NCBI GenBank assembly: GCA_037442085.1
Contig: JBBIQY010000002.1
Span: forward strand, 6,583 to 70,582
Reading direction: 5' to 3'
DNA: 64,000 nt
From: Anaerolineae bacterium
GTDB lineage: Bacteria; Chloroflexota; Anaerolineae; Anaerolineales; UBA6663
The number at the start of each line of letters is the position of its first letter. Positions within the stretch are counted from its first letter, which is position 1. The notes under the pieces are model-generated. The model saw only the letters and a program-made list of their open reading frames with translations, had not been told where the DNA came from and made no database searches. Position numbers and translations under genes: made by a program. Of this stretch, positions 18,844-29,000 are shown in pieces.

Positions 18844-21732
18844 ATGACAGACACAATCACCCGCCTCCCCCTCCAACTCACCGACGCCGGCGAGCGCCTG
18901 CAACAATACCCGCCGCCTGAAAAATGGGATGACTGGGTAGAGTGGGATCACAAGCTGTGGCCGAAGAAGGTTCCGAAGCATTACATGCTCGTGCCGACGG
19001 TGTGCTTCAACTGCGAGTCGGCTTGCGGGTTGTTGGGCTGGGTGGACAAAGAGACGCTACAGGTGCGCAAGTTCGAGGGCAACCCGGTGCATGCCGGCAG
19101 CCGGGGCCGCAACTGCGCCAAGGGGCCGGCGACGATCAACCAGGTCAACGACCCCGACCGCATCCTGTATCCGCTCAAGCGCGCCGGCAAGCGCGGCGAG
19201 GGCAAATGGGTGCGGGTGACGTGGGCCGAGGCGCTGAAGGACATTGGCGGCCGAATCCGCACAGCGTTTCAGGAAGGACGACACAACGAGATCATGTATC
19301 ACGTTGGCCGGCCCGGCCACGACGGCGTGATGGAGTGGGTGCTTTTGGCATGGGGCATTGACGGCCACAACTCGCACACCAACATCTGCTCGTCGAGCGC
19401 GCGGACGGGCTACGCCTTCTGGATGGGCTTCGACCGCCCCAGCCCCGATCACGCAAACGCCAACGTCATCCTGCTCATCAGCAGCCACCTCGAGACCGGG
19501 CACTACTTCAACCCGCATGCCCAGCGCATCATCGAGGGCAAGATGCGCGGCGCGAAGTTGATCGTGATGGACACGCGCCTCTCCAACACCGCCTCGCTGG
19601 CCGATACGTGGATCGCGCCCTGGCCCGGCTCGGAGCCCGCCATCCTGCTTGCCATCGCCAACCACCTCATCACCACCGGCCGGTACAACCGCGAGTTCGT
19701 GAGGCGGTGGGTCAACTGGGAGGAATATCTCAACTTCAGAATTCAAACTTCAAGCCCCCAATCTCCCGTCTCCAACCTCCCGATTTCTTTCGAAGCCTTT
19801 GAGGCCGCGTTGAAAGAACGCTATGCCAAATATACGTTCGAATACGCAGCCAAAGAGTCGGGCGTGGAGGCAGACATTCTGCGCCGCATTGCGGAGGAGG
19901 TCGCCAATTGTGGCGGGAAGCTGGCCACGCATAACTGGCGCAGCGCCGCGGCGGGCAACCTGGGCGGGTGGCAGGTGGCGCGTTGCCTGTTCTTCCTGAA
20001 CGTGCTCACCGGCAGCATCGGCGTGGAGGGCGGCACCTCGGCCAACGCCTGGGACAAATGGGTGCCGCGCCCGCACAAGTTTCCGCCGCACAGCAAACGC
20101 TGGAACGAGCTGTCGTGGCCGCGTGAGTATCCGCTGTCGTACTTCGAGATGAGCTTCCTGCTGCCGCATTTCCTCAAGGAAGGGCGCGGCAAACTCGACG
20201 TGTACTTCACCCGCGTCTACAACCCACTGTGGACGAACCCCGACGGCTTCACCTGGCTCGAGGCGCTGCGCGACGAGTCGAAGATCGGCTGTCACGTGGC
20301 GCTCACGCCGACGTGGAGCGAGTCGGCCTGGTGGGCCGATTATGTGCTGCCGATGGGCCACGGCTCCGAGCGGCACGATCTGATGAGCCAGGAAACGCAC
20401 GCCGGGCAGTGGCTCGCCTTCCGCCAGCCGGTGAGGCGCGTGGCGCTGGAGCGCCTGGGCAGGAAAGTGAATCGCACCTACGAGGCCAACCCCGGGCAGG
20501 TGTGGGAAGAAACCGAGTTCTGGATTGATCTGAGTTGGGAGATTGACCCCGACGGCACGCTGGGCATCCGCCAATACTTCGAGTCGCCCTATCGCCCCGG
20601 CGAGCGCCTGACCGTGGACGAATACTACGGCTGGATGTTCGAGAACACCGTCCCCGGTCTGCCGGAGGCCGCGGCCAAAGAGGGGCTGACGCCCCTGGCA
20701 TACATGCGCAAGTACGGCGTGTTCGAGATTCGCAAAGGGGCGCTGGCCGAATACGAGCGCGCGTTGACCGCCGAAGAAATGGCCGGCGCGCAGGTGGACG
20801 CGGCGACCGGCATCATCTACACCCAGGCGCCCGCCGCGCCGCCTCAAAACATCGTGCCAACCCCCGCCCCCGTCTCGACGGACAGGGGGCGGCCCATCGG
20901 CGTGATGGTGGACGGCCAACCCCGGTTCGGCTTCCGCACCCCCTCGCGCAAACTCGAATTCTTCTCTTCGACTCTGCACCAGTGGGGCTGGCCCGAATAT
21001 GCCTTGCCCGATTACATCGAAAGCCATGTGCATCCCAGTCGGCTCAACCGCGAGGCCAACGAGTTCGTCCTGCTTTCGACCTATCGCCTCCCGACCCTGA
21101 TTCATACCCGCAGCGCGAACGCCAAGTGGCTCGTCGAAATCTCGCACTCCAACCCGACCTGGATTCACACTTCGGACGCGGAGCGGCTCGGCGTGCGCAC
21201 CGGCGACCTGGTGCGCGTTCAAACCGAGATCGGCTATTTCGTGGATAAAGTCTGGGTCACCGAGGGCATCCGCCCCGGCGTCGTCGCCTGCTCCCATCAC
21301 CTCGGGCGCTGGCGGCTGGCCGAGGGCGACGGCACCAACCGGATCGCGTCCGCGCTCGTCCAACTAAACGAGTCGGACGGCGAATGGAATCTGCAGCAGG
21401 TCCACGGCGTCCAGCCGTACAAGTCCAGCGACCCCGACACCGAACGCATCTGGTGGAGCGATGCGGGCGTGCACCAGAATCTCACCTTTCCCGTTCAGCC
21501 CGATCCAATCAGCGGGATGCACTGCTGGCATCAGAAGGTGACGGTGACACGCGCCCAGGCCGGCGACCGCTACGGCGACGTGCACGTGGACACGCACAAG
21601 GCGCACGCGGTCTACAAACGCTGGCTGGCCATGACCCGCCCGCCGACCGGCGAATGGCGGCGACCCCATTGGATGCTGAGGCCGTTCCGGCCGGATGCGA
21701 GCGCCTACCGAATTATGAATTATGAAGGCTGA
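18844..21732 (+). CDS. Molybdopterin (bis-MGD) oxidoreductase catalytic subunit without Tat signal, PsrA/SoeA-like
   Basis: N-terminal [4Fe-4S] motif CFNCESACGLL...C and the NCAKG motif. 962 aa, the size of a DMSO-reductase-family enzyme. No RRxF signal peptide. Confidence 0.8.
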   Translation: MTDTITRLPLQLTDAGERLQQYPPPEKWDDWVEWDHKLWPKKVPKHYMLVPTVCFNCESACGLLGWVDKETLQVRKFEGNPVHAGSRGRNCAKGPATINQVNDPDRILYPLKRAGKRGEGKWVRVTWAEALKDIGGRIRTAFQEGRHNEIMYHVGRPGHDGVMEWVLLAWGIDGHNSHTNICSSSARTGYAFWMGFDRPSPDHANANVILLISSHLETGHYFNPHAQRIIEGKMRGAKLIVMDTRLSNTASLADTWIAPWPGSEPAILLAIANHLITTGRYNREFVRRWVNWEEYLNFRIQTSSPQSPVSNLPISFEAFEAALKERYAKYTFEYAAKESGVEADILRRIAEEVANCGGKLATHNWRSAAAGNLGGWQVARCLFFLNVLTGSIGVEGGTSANAWDKWVPRPHKFPPHSKRWNELSWPREYPLSYFEMSFLLPHFLKEGRGKLDVYFTRVYNPLWTNPDGFTWLEALRDESKIGCHVALTPTWSESAWWADYVLPMGHGSERHDLMSQETHAGQWLAFRQPVRRVALERLGRKVNRTYEANPGQVWEETEFWIDLSWEIDPDGTLGIRQYFESPYRPGERLTVDEYYGWMFENTVPGLPEAAAKEGLTPLAYMRKYGVFEIRKGALAEYERALTAEEMAGAQVDAATGIIYTQAPAAPPQNIVPTPAPVSTDRGRPIGVMVDGQPRFGFRTPSRKLEFFSSTLHQWGWPEYALPDYIESHVHPSRLNREANEFVLLSTYRLPTLIHTRSANAKWLVEISHSNPTWIHTSDAERLGVRTGDLVRVQTEIGYFVDKVWVTEGIRPGVVACSHHLGRWRLAEGDGTNRIASALVQLNESDGEWNLQQVHGVQPYKSSDPDTERIWWSDAGVHQNLTFPVQPDPISGMHCWHQKVTVTRAQAGDRYGDVHVDTHKAHAVYKRWLAMTRPPTGEWRRPHWMLRPFRPDASAYRIMNYEG
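19731..19790 (+). repeat. In-CDS heptamer tract inside the molybdoenzyme gene
   Basis: caacttcagaattcaaacttcaagcccccaatctcccgtctccaacctcccgatttcttt encodes NFRIQTSSPQSPVSNLPISF. Confidence 0.6.
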
Positions 21733-21780
21733 AGGAAGAAGGAAGCAATGGAGATTCAGCCTTCATCCTTCAGCCTTCAT
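21722..21780 (+). repeat. Perfect 15-bp inverted repeat (ATGAAGGCTGAAGGA / TCCTTCAGCCTTCAT) bracketing a gene junction
   Basis: The left arm (21722-21736) contains the upstream TGA. The loop holds a purine-rich SD and ATG 21748. The right arm (21766-21780) lies in codons 7-11 of the next gene and is half-duplicated at 21755-21766. Confidence 0.85.
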
Positions 21781-22716
21781 CCTTTGCTTTCCTACCTCTG
21801 GCTTCACGAACCTGATGCCGAGACCATTGTCCGCGCTGTGAATGAGCTGGGCCTGCCCGCAGCCGCGCCCGCCGAGCTTGCCTCGGCCTACACCGATGTC
21901 TTTGTGCTCAACGTCCCGCCTTACGGCACGGTGTTCACGGGCCCCGATGGCGAGATGAACGGCCCGGAGGCGCAGCAACTGGCGGCGTTGTTCGAGTTGC
22001 ACGCCTATTCTCCACCCGAACTGAACGAGGTTGGTGCGCCCGACCATGTGGGTGTGTGCCTTGGCTTTCTGGCGCATTTGGAGGAAAGGGGATTGGAGAT
22101 GAGAGATTGGAGATTGGAGGTTGGAGATTGGGGCTTCGATTGGATCCCGCCAGCGTGTCTCGCTATAGAACGCGAACCAACCGCACATGCCTTCTACCGC
22201 GCCCTGGCGGCCACTACTCGACAACACCTGTTTGTGAGGCTGAACGAAGCCAGGCCCTCCGGGGCTGAGGCCCCTTCGGCAAGCTCATGGCAGGCGCCGC
22301 GCTTCGCTCAGGATAACGGCGATCATCCGCACTCTGAAATCTACAATCTGCAATCCGAGGACGAAGTCCGCCTGCACCACATCATCCGCTTCTTCCTCGC
22401 CCCCGCCCGGTGCGGCATGTTCCTTTCGCGCTCGCAGATGGGGCGGATGGCCGCAGAGTTGGGGCTGCGCCTCCCGTTCGGCTCGCGGTTCGAAGTGGCC
22501 GAGAGGCTGTTTGCGTCTGCGGGGGAGACGGATCAGGTTGAGCAGCTGATCGCGGCGCTGGAAGCCGAGATTAGTGATTGGAGAATGGCATATCGCGCCT
22601 GGGCGGAGAAGTGCGCGGCGTGGCGGCCATACGCCGAAGCCTGGCTGGCACGGACGGCGCAGGCGCAGCGTACGCTGGCCGAGATGCAGCAAATAGTGAC
22701 GACGACGCTCACCTGA
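21748..22716 (+). CDS. TorD/DmsD/NarJ-like redox-enzyme maturation chaperone with an extra C-terminal domain
   Basis: YTDVFVLNVPPYGTVF...PDHVGVCLGFLAHL matches the TorD-family pattern. Residues ~150-322 are unrecognised. Confidence 0.6.
   Translation: MEIQPSSFSLHPLLSYLWLHEPDAETIVRAVNELGLPAAAPAELASAYTDVFVLNVPPYGTVFTGPDGEMNGPEAQQLAALFELHAYSPPELNEVGAPDHVGVCLGFLAHLEERGLEMRDWRLEVGDWGFDWIPPACLAIEREPTAHAFYRALAATTRQHLFVRLNEARPSGAEAPSASSWQAPRFAQDNGDHPHSEIYNLQSEDEVRLHHIIRFFLAPARCGMFLSRSQMGRMAAELGLRLPFGSRFEVAERLFASAGETDQVEQLIAALEAEISDWRMAYRAWAEKCAAWRPYAEAWLARTAQAQRTLAEMQQIVTTTLT
22090..22143 (+). repeat. In-CDS heptamer tract (complement orientation, GATTGGA x ~6) inside the TorD-like gene
   Basis: ggattggagatgagagattggagattggaggttggagattggggcttcgattgg encodes GLEMRDWRLEVGDWGFDW. 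Confidence 0.65.
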
Positions 22717-22855
22717 CGCCGACCCTCGCCGAGCCTCGCACCCGCCGCAATAAGCACGGTGGGTCGCCGTGTTCCGGGCACCCAGGGCAAAGCTTAGAAA
22801 TAACTCTGCGCCGCCATACGTCCGGGTTAGCAGCCCGTGTCCCCCTGCGGGTACA

Positions 22856-24001
22856 ATGCCGCGCATGGCTTTCATCAAACGCGACTTCTCGCACCTCACG
22901 CGCTTCCCTGGCACGCACGGCAATGACTTCGACGTGGTCCTGCAATGGGCCGATAAGCTGGAGAAGCTGCCGGCCCTGCCGTTTGCTCTGCTGCTGCTGG
23001 CGCTGGCCGGCCTGGGCGCGCTGGGCAGCCCGACCTGGGCCGGCGCGCTGTGGCTGTTCCTGCTCGGCGATTGGGCGCTGCTGGAGGCGCTGCCACGCGC
23101 GGGCAAATCCTTCGGGCCGGCCAAGCCGCCGACGCTGGCCCTGGCGCTGGCGCGCCTGCCGTTCGCGCTGCTACCCCAGCCGCTGGCGCTGATCGCCCAA
23201 CTCATCGGCACCGCGCTCGTGGTGTACGGCTTCTGGATCGAGCCCCACCGCCTGACGGTCACCCGGCAGCGCCTGCGCTCGCCCAGGCTCAACCCGAACG
23301 CCCTACCCCTGCGCCTGCTCCATCTCGGCGATTTGCACATCGAACGCGTCACACAGCGCGAGCGCGACCTCAACCGCCTGATCACCGAGCTTCAGCCCGA
23401 CGTCATCGTCTTCAGCGGCGACTTCCTCAACCTCTCCAACATCCACGACCGGGAGGCCTGGGAGCACTGCCGCTCCATCCTCAGAGAGTGGCGCGCGCCG
23501 CTGGGCGTCTACGCCGTCACCGGCAGCCCGGCGGTGGACCAGGACGCCGTCGTGCCGCAGGTGTTGGAGGGGATGCCGCTGCGCTGGCTGCGCGAAGAAA
23601 AGGTGACGCTCACCCACCACGGGCAGACGGTGGACCTCGTCGGCCTGCCCTGCACGCACAAGCCCTTCGCGGATCGCCCGAGCCTCGACCGCCTCCTGAA
23701 CGGGCAGCCGCGGAACTTCACCGTGCTGCTGTACCACTCGCCGGACCTGGCGCCGGAGGCAGCCGAGGCCGGCGTGGATCTGCAACTCTCCGGCCACACG
23801 CACGGCGGCCAGGTACGCCTGCCGTTCTTCGGCGCACTTTATGCCGGGTCGTTATACGGCAAGCAGTTGGAGTGCGGGCGCTACGATGTAAACGGGCTGA
23901 CGCTGTATGTCACGCGCGGGCTGGGGCTGGAGGGCAAAGGCGCGCCGCGCGTGCGCTTCCTCTGCCCGCCGGAGATCATCCTGTGGGAGTTGAGCGGATA
24001 A
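22856..24001 (+). CDS. Membrane-anchored metallophosphoesterase (YaeI/YkuE-like)
   Basis: N-terminal TM helices, then LGDLHIE, SGDFLN and SGHTHGGQVRLP motifs. Confidence 0.8.
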   Translation: MPRMAFIKRDFSHLTRFPGTHGNDFDVVLQWADKLEKLPALPFALLLLALAGLGALGSPTWAGALWLFLLGDWALLEALPRAGKSFGPAKPPTLALALARLPFALLPQPLALIAQLIGTALVVYGFWIEPHRLTVTRQRLRSPRLNPNALPLRLLHLGDLHIERVTQRERDLNRLITELQPDVIVFSGDFLNLSNIHDREAWEHCRSILREWRAPLGVYAVTGSPAVDQDAVVPQVLEGMPLRWLREEKVTLTHHGQTVDLVGLPCTHKPFADRPSLDRLLNGQPRNFTVLLYHSPDLAPEAAEAGVDLQLSGHTHGGQVRLPFFGALYAGSLYGKQLECGRYDVNGLTLYVTRGLGLEGKGAPRVRFLCPPEIILWELSG

Positions 24002-24051
24002 AAGGGACGGCTGCTCCAGAGCGGCCCGGGGCGGGAGGGGCCTGGAACTGA

Positions 24052-24198
24052 TCAAATGCCGCTGACGATGTTGCTGTACATGTTGCCTACGCTGGGGCCA
24101 AGTAGCACGAGCACGACGATCACGACAATAGCAACGAACACTAAAATCAACGCATATTCCACCAACCCCTGTCCACGGTCCGTCTTCCATGTCAACAT
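24052..24198 (-). CDS. flp: Flp/Fap-family type IVb pilin
   Basis: 48 aa MLTWKTDRGQGLVEYALILVFVAIVVIVVLVLLG... with the G/xxEY processing motif. GGAGG is upstream. Confidence 0.75.
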   Translation of the reverse strand: MLTWKTDRGQGLVEYALILVFVAIVVIVVLVLLGPSVGNMYSNIVSGI

Positions 24199-24328
24199 AT
24201 GGGAAACTGCCTCCATCCAGTCACCCACTCCCGCCAGGTAAAGTTTAGCGAAAACCGCGCCGGCGAAGTTAGACTTGGTTGGCGCAAGTTTGTGCGCCGC
24301 ACTGAAAACGGCGCTCAAAGAGCGGCGC

Positions 24329-25039
24329 TCAAAGGGCGGGTTTGCGGGCCGAGTGGATCGCCATCGTGCCCAGCATCCACCACTCCACACGCACCGAGAC
24401 GAAACCGGCGGTTTGCAGGCGCTCAGCCAACGCTTCCGCCGAGAGGAAGCCCTCCGTCGACTCCGGCAGATAGGTGTAGGCCTCCGCCTGTCCGGCGATC
24501 AGCCGCCCCAGCGTGGGGATGACGGTGTGCAGGTGGAAGTCCACGAAGGGGCGCAGCCAGTTGTGCGGCGGCGGGGTCGTATCCAGGCAGACCAGGCGCC
24601 CGCCCGGCTTGAGCACACGCCATTGTTCCGCACAGGCGCGGTCCACGTCGCCCACGTTGCGCATCAGGTAGGCCGAGACCACCGCATCGAACGTGGCTTC
24701 AGGGAAGGGCAGGTTGAGGGCATCGGCGCCCGACCAGCGCGGTTGCCGCCCACCGGGCCGGCGCTGCCCGACGCGCATCATCGCCAGGGTGAAGTCGCCG
24801 CCCACCACACGCAGGCCGGGTGTGCGCGCCAGCGCAGCCAGCGCCAGGTCGCCGGTGCCGGTCCCGAGATCGAGCAGGGCCTGGCCGGGGCCAAGCGCGG
24901 CCAGCTCCAGGACGCGCGCCCGCCAGCGCCTGTCCTGGCCGAACGTCATCAGCCGGTTCATCAAGTCATAGCGCCCGGCGATGCGGGTAAAGACGCCGCG
25001 GACGTATTCGGCCCGGGCGCTGCCCCTCAAATGCGCCAT
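24329..25039 (-). CDS. ubiE: Demethylmenaquinone/ubiquinone C-methyltransferase
   Basis: VFTRIAGRYDLMNRLMTFG and the LDLGTGTGD SAM motif. Its ATG overlaps the menA-like stop (TAATG). Confidence 0.85.
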   Translation of the reverse strand: MAHLRGSARAEYVRGVFTRIAGRYDLMNRLMTFGQDRRWRARVLELAALGPGQALLDLGTGTGDLALAALARTPGLRVVGGDFTLAMMRVGQRRPGGRQPRWSGADALNLPFPEATFDAVVSAYLMRNVGDVDRACAEQWRVLKPGGRLVCLDTTPPPHNWLRPFVDFHLHTVIPTLGRLIAGQAEAYTYLPESTEGFLSAEALAERLQTAGFVSVRVEWWMLGTMAIHSARKPAL

Positions 25040-26052
25040 TAGAGAATGTGCCACGCGCGCAGTAGCAGATCGCCGATGAGGCCGAGCAGGAACAACAGGC
25101 CGAAGCGCCGGTTGTGCTGGAAGGCGAAGGCGACGAACCAGAGCGGCCAGATGCCTTTGGGGAAGAAGTCCGGCGGCGCTGCCGGCTTGGGCTGGCGATA
25201 GACGCGGCTGACGAGCAGGAAGGTGGACGTCGCCAGGAAGACGATCAGCAGCGCCGGCGTGAAGAAGCCGGTCAACACCTGATACACCACGACGACGTAC
25301 TGCAGCGCCATCATCCCGAGCACGGTATAGCGCGAGGTCTGTTCGCCCAGCAGCACCGGCAGCGTGCGGATGCCCTTCGATTTATCCACGGCATACTTGT
25401 CAATATGCTTGCCGAAGATCACGCCCGTGACGCCCAGGGCGTAGGGCAAGCCCGCCAGCACCACGTTCCAATCCCACCGACCGGTGACCATGAAGTAAGT
25501 GCCGCCGATCATCAACGGCCCCCAGACCACGATCACGGCGATCTCGCCCAGGCCGATGTACTTGAGCGGGAAGGTATAGAAGAGAACGAAGAACGCGCCC
25601 GCGCCAAGCAGGCTCCAGGCTAACACCGGCTCGGACGCGGTGAACATCAGGTACAAGCCAATGATGAGCGCTGCGCCGCCGGTGACGGCGACATAGGCCA
25701 GCACCTGGCGCAGAGTCATCAGGTTGTGCGCCAGTGGGTGCGGGCCGTACTGGACGCGGAAGTAGTTGTTCTTGTCCACACCCTTCCAGTAGTCGGTCAG
25801 GTCGTTGAGCAGGTTGTTGGTGGCGTGGGCCAGCATCAGGCCGAGCGTCACCAGCGTCCATTGCACGCCGTCGAAGAGGCCGGCCCGCAGAGCCAACAGC
25901 CCGCCGATGGCTGCCGAGATAAAGGTCATGATGAGCACCTGGGCGCGCGTGGCGATCAGCCACTTGGCGACGACGTCGAGGCCGTTCCATTCCTCGGGCT
26001 CCATGCGCGCCACTACGCCGCGCAACGCTTTGCTCCACATCGTTGGGTTCAT
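25039..26052 (-). CDS. menA: UbiA-family prenyltransferase, MenA-like (1,4-dihydroxy-2-naphthoate prenyltransferase)
   Basis: Polytopic protein with Asp-rich NNLLNDLTDYWKGVD and GKHIDKYAVD. The track N-terminal extension overlaps the kinase gene, so ATG 26052 is used. Confidence 0.75.
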   Translation of the reverse strand: MNPTMWSKALRGVVARMEPEEWNGLDVVAKWLIATRAQVLIMTFISAAIGGLLALRAGLFDGVQWTLVTLGLMLAHATNNLLNDLTDYWKGVDKNNYFRVQYGPHPLAHNLMTLRQVLAYVAVTGGAALIIGLYLMFTASEPVLAWSLLGAGAFFVLFYTFPLKYIGLGEIAVIVVWGPLMIGGTYFMVTGRWDWNVVLAGLPYALGVTGVIFGKHIDKYAVDKSKGIRTLPVLLGEQTSRYTVLGMMALQYVVVVYQVLTGFFTPALLIVFLATSTFLLVSRVYRQPKPAAPPDFFPKGIWPLWFVAFAFQHNRRFGLLFLLGLIGDLLLRAWHIL

Positions 26053-26089
26053 GGTGTTTTCTCCCGGTTGCGAACGCCCGAAGATTCTA

Positions 26090-29000
26090 TCATTCAGTGG
26101 GCGAGCCGCCGCCTGCCGTCGGGTTGCCCGTCGCCGGCGGTTCACCCGCCGCCGTGAGCGGCAACCAGACGGTAAAGGTGGTGCCCGTCTCCGGCGTGCT
26201 CTCGACACGGATCAGGCCGGCATGTCGCTCGACGATCTCCTGGACGATGGCCAGCCCCAGGCCGGTGCCCGGCTCGCCGGACTCCTGTGCATTCCGACCG
26301 CGGAAGAACCGGGTGAATAGGTGCGGCAAATCTTCGGGCGGGATGGGCGGGCCGTCGTTGTGCACGAAGATGGCCAGGCCTTCCTGCTCATTCTGGAACT
26401 CGCGCCGGGCGCCAACAGACACACGTCCGCCGCGCGTCGTGTAGGCGACGGCATTGCCGATCAGGTTGTTGAACAACTGCATCATTTGGGACACATCCAC
26501 CGATACGAGCGGCAGGTCGGCCCTGGCTTCGTGGTGGAGTACGACCTGGCGCTCTTCGGCGCGCGAGCTTTGCAGGGCCAACACGTCGGCCAGCAACAGT
26601 TCGATCGAATGCGGCTCGCGGTTGAGCGGCCGGGCCTGGCTGTGCAACCGCGATAGATCGAGCAGGTCTTCGATCAGACGGTGCAGGCGCTGGGTCTCGC
26701 GCTGCAGAATGGGCAGGTAACGCGGCAGCAAGTCCGCGCCGCGCCGCTCCAGCAGGCCCAGGTGCAGTTTGATGGCGGTGAGCGGGGTGCGCAGCTCGTG
26801 TGAGACGTTGGACACGAAGCGGTCCTTGAGCCGGTCCAGTTCCTTGAGGCGTTCGTTGGCCTCGGCCAGTTCACGGGTGCGCGCCGCCACGCGCTGCTCC
26901 AGCGTCTCCAGGAGGCGCGCCCGCTGGAGGGCATTGCCGCCGACCTCGGCAATGGTGGTCAGCAGGCGCAGGTTGGCTTCGGTGAAGACGCGGGGCGCGG
27001 GCGCATACACGGCCAGCACCCCCGTCAGCGCATCGCCCAGACGCAGCGGCGCATACATGGCGCAGCGCGCGCGCGGATCGGGCCAGGGCCAGGCCGCGGC
27101 GTCCGTCGAGGTAATTTCGGCCAGGCGGGATGTTCCGGAAGCGATCACTTGATCGAGGAGAGTCTCGTCGAGGGCCTGGCCACCCGGTTCATGACCGTCC
27201 ATCAGGCCGATCTGGCTGACGACGACGAGCCGGCCGGCCCCTTCCGCAGGCGCGATGACGCACACGGCCTCCGCGCCGATGACGCGCTGGCTGCGCTCCA
27301 ACAGAAAGTGGAGCACATCGGACGTACTTTCCGCCGAGCGCAGGGCGGCGGAGACATCGGTCAGCGCCTCCAGCTCGGCGGTACGCCGGAGCGTCTCGTC
27401 CAGCAGGCGTTCTTTTTGCACCGCCAGGGCCAGGGCGTCTGCAATCTGACCGAGCAGGTTCGTGTTCAGGCGCGCGTAGCCGTTTGGCGCCGGCCAGAAC
27501 AGGCAGAGCAGGCCGGTCACCTGCGCGCTGTCGCGCAACGGCCAGATCAGGCAGGAGGTGTAGGTATTCTGCCACAGGGTTGAGTCCAACAAAGGTGGCG
27601 ACGCGCTCAGATCGGGCACGAACAGAGGCTGGCCGGATAACACCGAGGCCGGCACCCGATCTTCACTGAGGGGCAGGTGCAATACGCTCTCGCCGTTCAG
27701 CGGAGTCTGATCCATGCCCACCAGGTCGAGACGCCGACGGTCCGCGCTCAGCGAGAACATGCAGACGCAGACGCATTGCGTCAGTTGTTTGAGATCGGCA
27801 GCGATGGCAGGGAAATCCTGCAAGACGCGCGGCGTGACGCTCAGCGTGCGGAGCAAATCGCTGGCCACGGCTAGTTCGTCGGCATTGCGGCGGGTCTGAT
27901 GGAACAGGCGCGTGCGCGCGATGGCCAGCGCGACCTGACGGGCGGCCTGTTCATTGTGCTGACGCTCGTGCGGCTGAAAGGGATGAGGGAAGGGGTAGAC
28001 GATGAGCGCTGCGCCCAGCTTCTGATCGCCGGCCAGCAACGGCAGGGCCAACACGGTGGAGCGCGGCAAATCCGAGGTCGCGGGCGACTCAAAGTAGGAC
28101 GAGGCCCACGTATCTTCGACGATGAGTGTGTAGCCGGTGCGCAACACCGCCTGGCTCAGCGCCAGGAAGCCGGCGGCCTCTGCCCGACGCGCGGCGCCGT
28201 ACGCAGCTGCCGGCACAGGTTGTTGGCGCTGTTCATCCCACAGGTCGAGGTAACAACCGGCGGCGCCGGCCAATTCGCCCAACCGCTCCGCGAGAGTTTG
28301 CACCAGGTCCGGCAAGCTCTCGATGGTGACGGCGGCCTGCGTGATTTCGTTGAGCAGGGTGAGGTGATAGACCTGGCTGGCCTCGGTTTCGAACAGGCGC
28401 GCGTTCTGCAGGGCGAGCGCCACCGACACACTGGCCGCGCGCAGCAGGGGGATTTGCTCCTCCGGCAGGAAGTGGGGCCGGTCACTCATCAGGCTTAACA
28501 CGCCGACCAGCTCGTCACCGGCCAAAAGCGGCAGCGCCAGGCCGGCGCAGATGCCATCATCCAGGATGGGCAGGTGAACCCAGTGAGGATCCTGGGTGAC
28601 GTCTCCGGCCAGCACGGGCTGACGGATCTGCGCCGCGTAGCCACAGATGCCCTGACCACGCAGGAGGCGGATGCCGGCTAATTGCTCCGGCGGGATGTCG
28701 GCGTAGCCGTACAGGCGCACGGGTCGCAGGTCGCCGCTTTCCAAATCAGCGGTGAAGACGGCGGCCCTGATCGCGCCGGTGGTAGCGCACATGAGGGCCA
28801 TGGCCCGGTACGCCACTTCCTGTGGGTTGAGGGTGGAGGCCAGGCTTTGGCTGAGGTTCAAGAGCAGTTCAAGCCGGCTTTTCTCCTTGCCCACGGCACC
28901 CAGCAGGCGCACATTCTCAATTGCAATCGCTGCCCGGTCGGCAAACAGGTGAAGGATATCCACGTCCGCTTCGCTGAAGCGCTGCGGCCGCTCATCCAGC

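Noticed and set aside
24002-24051. Convergent-gene spacer inspected for a bidirectional terminator
   Set aside because: It is GC-rich, but I could not find a clean stem-loop with flanking A/T tracts.
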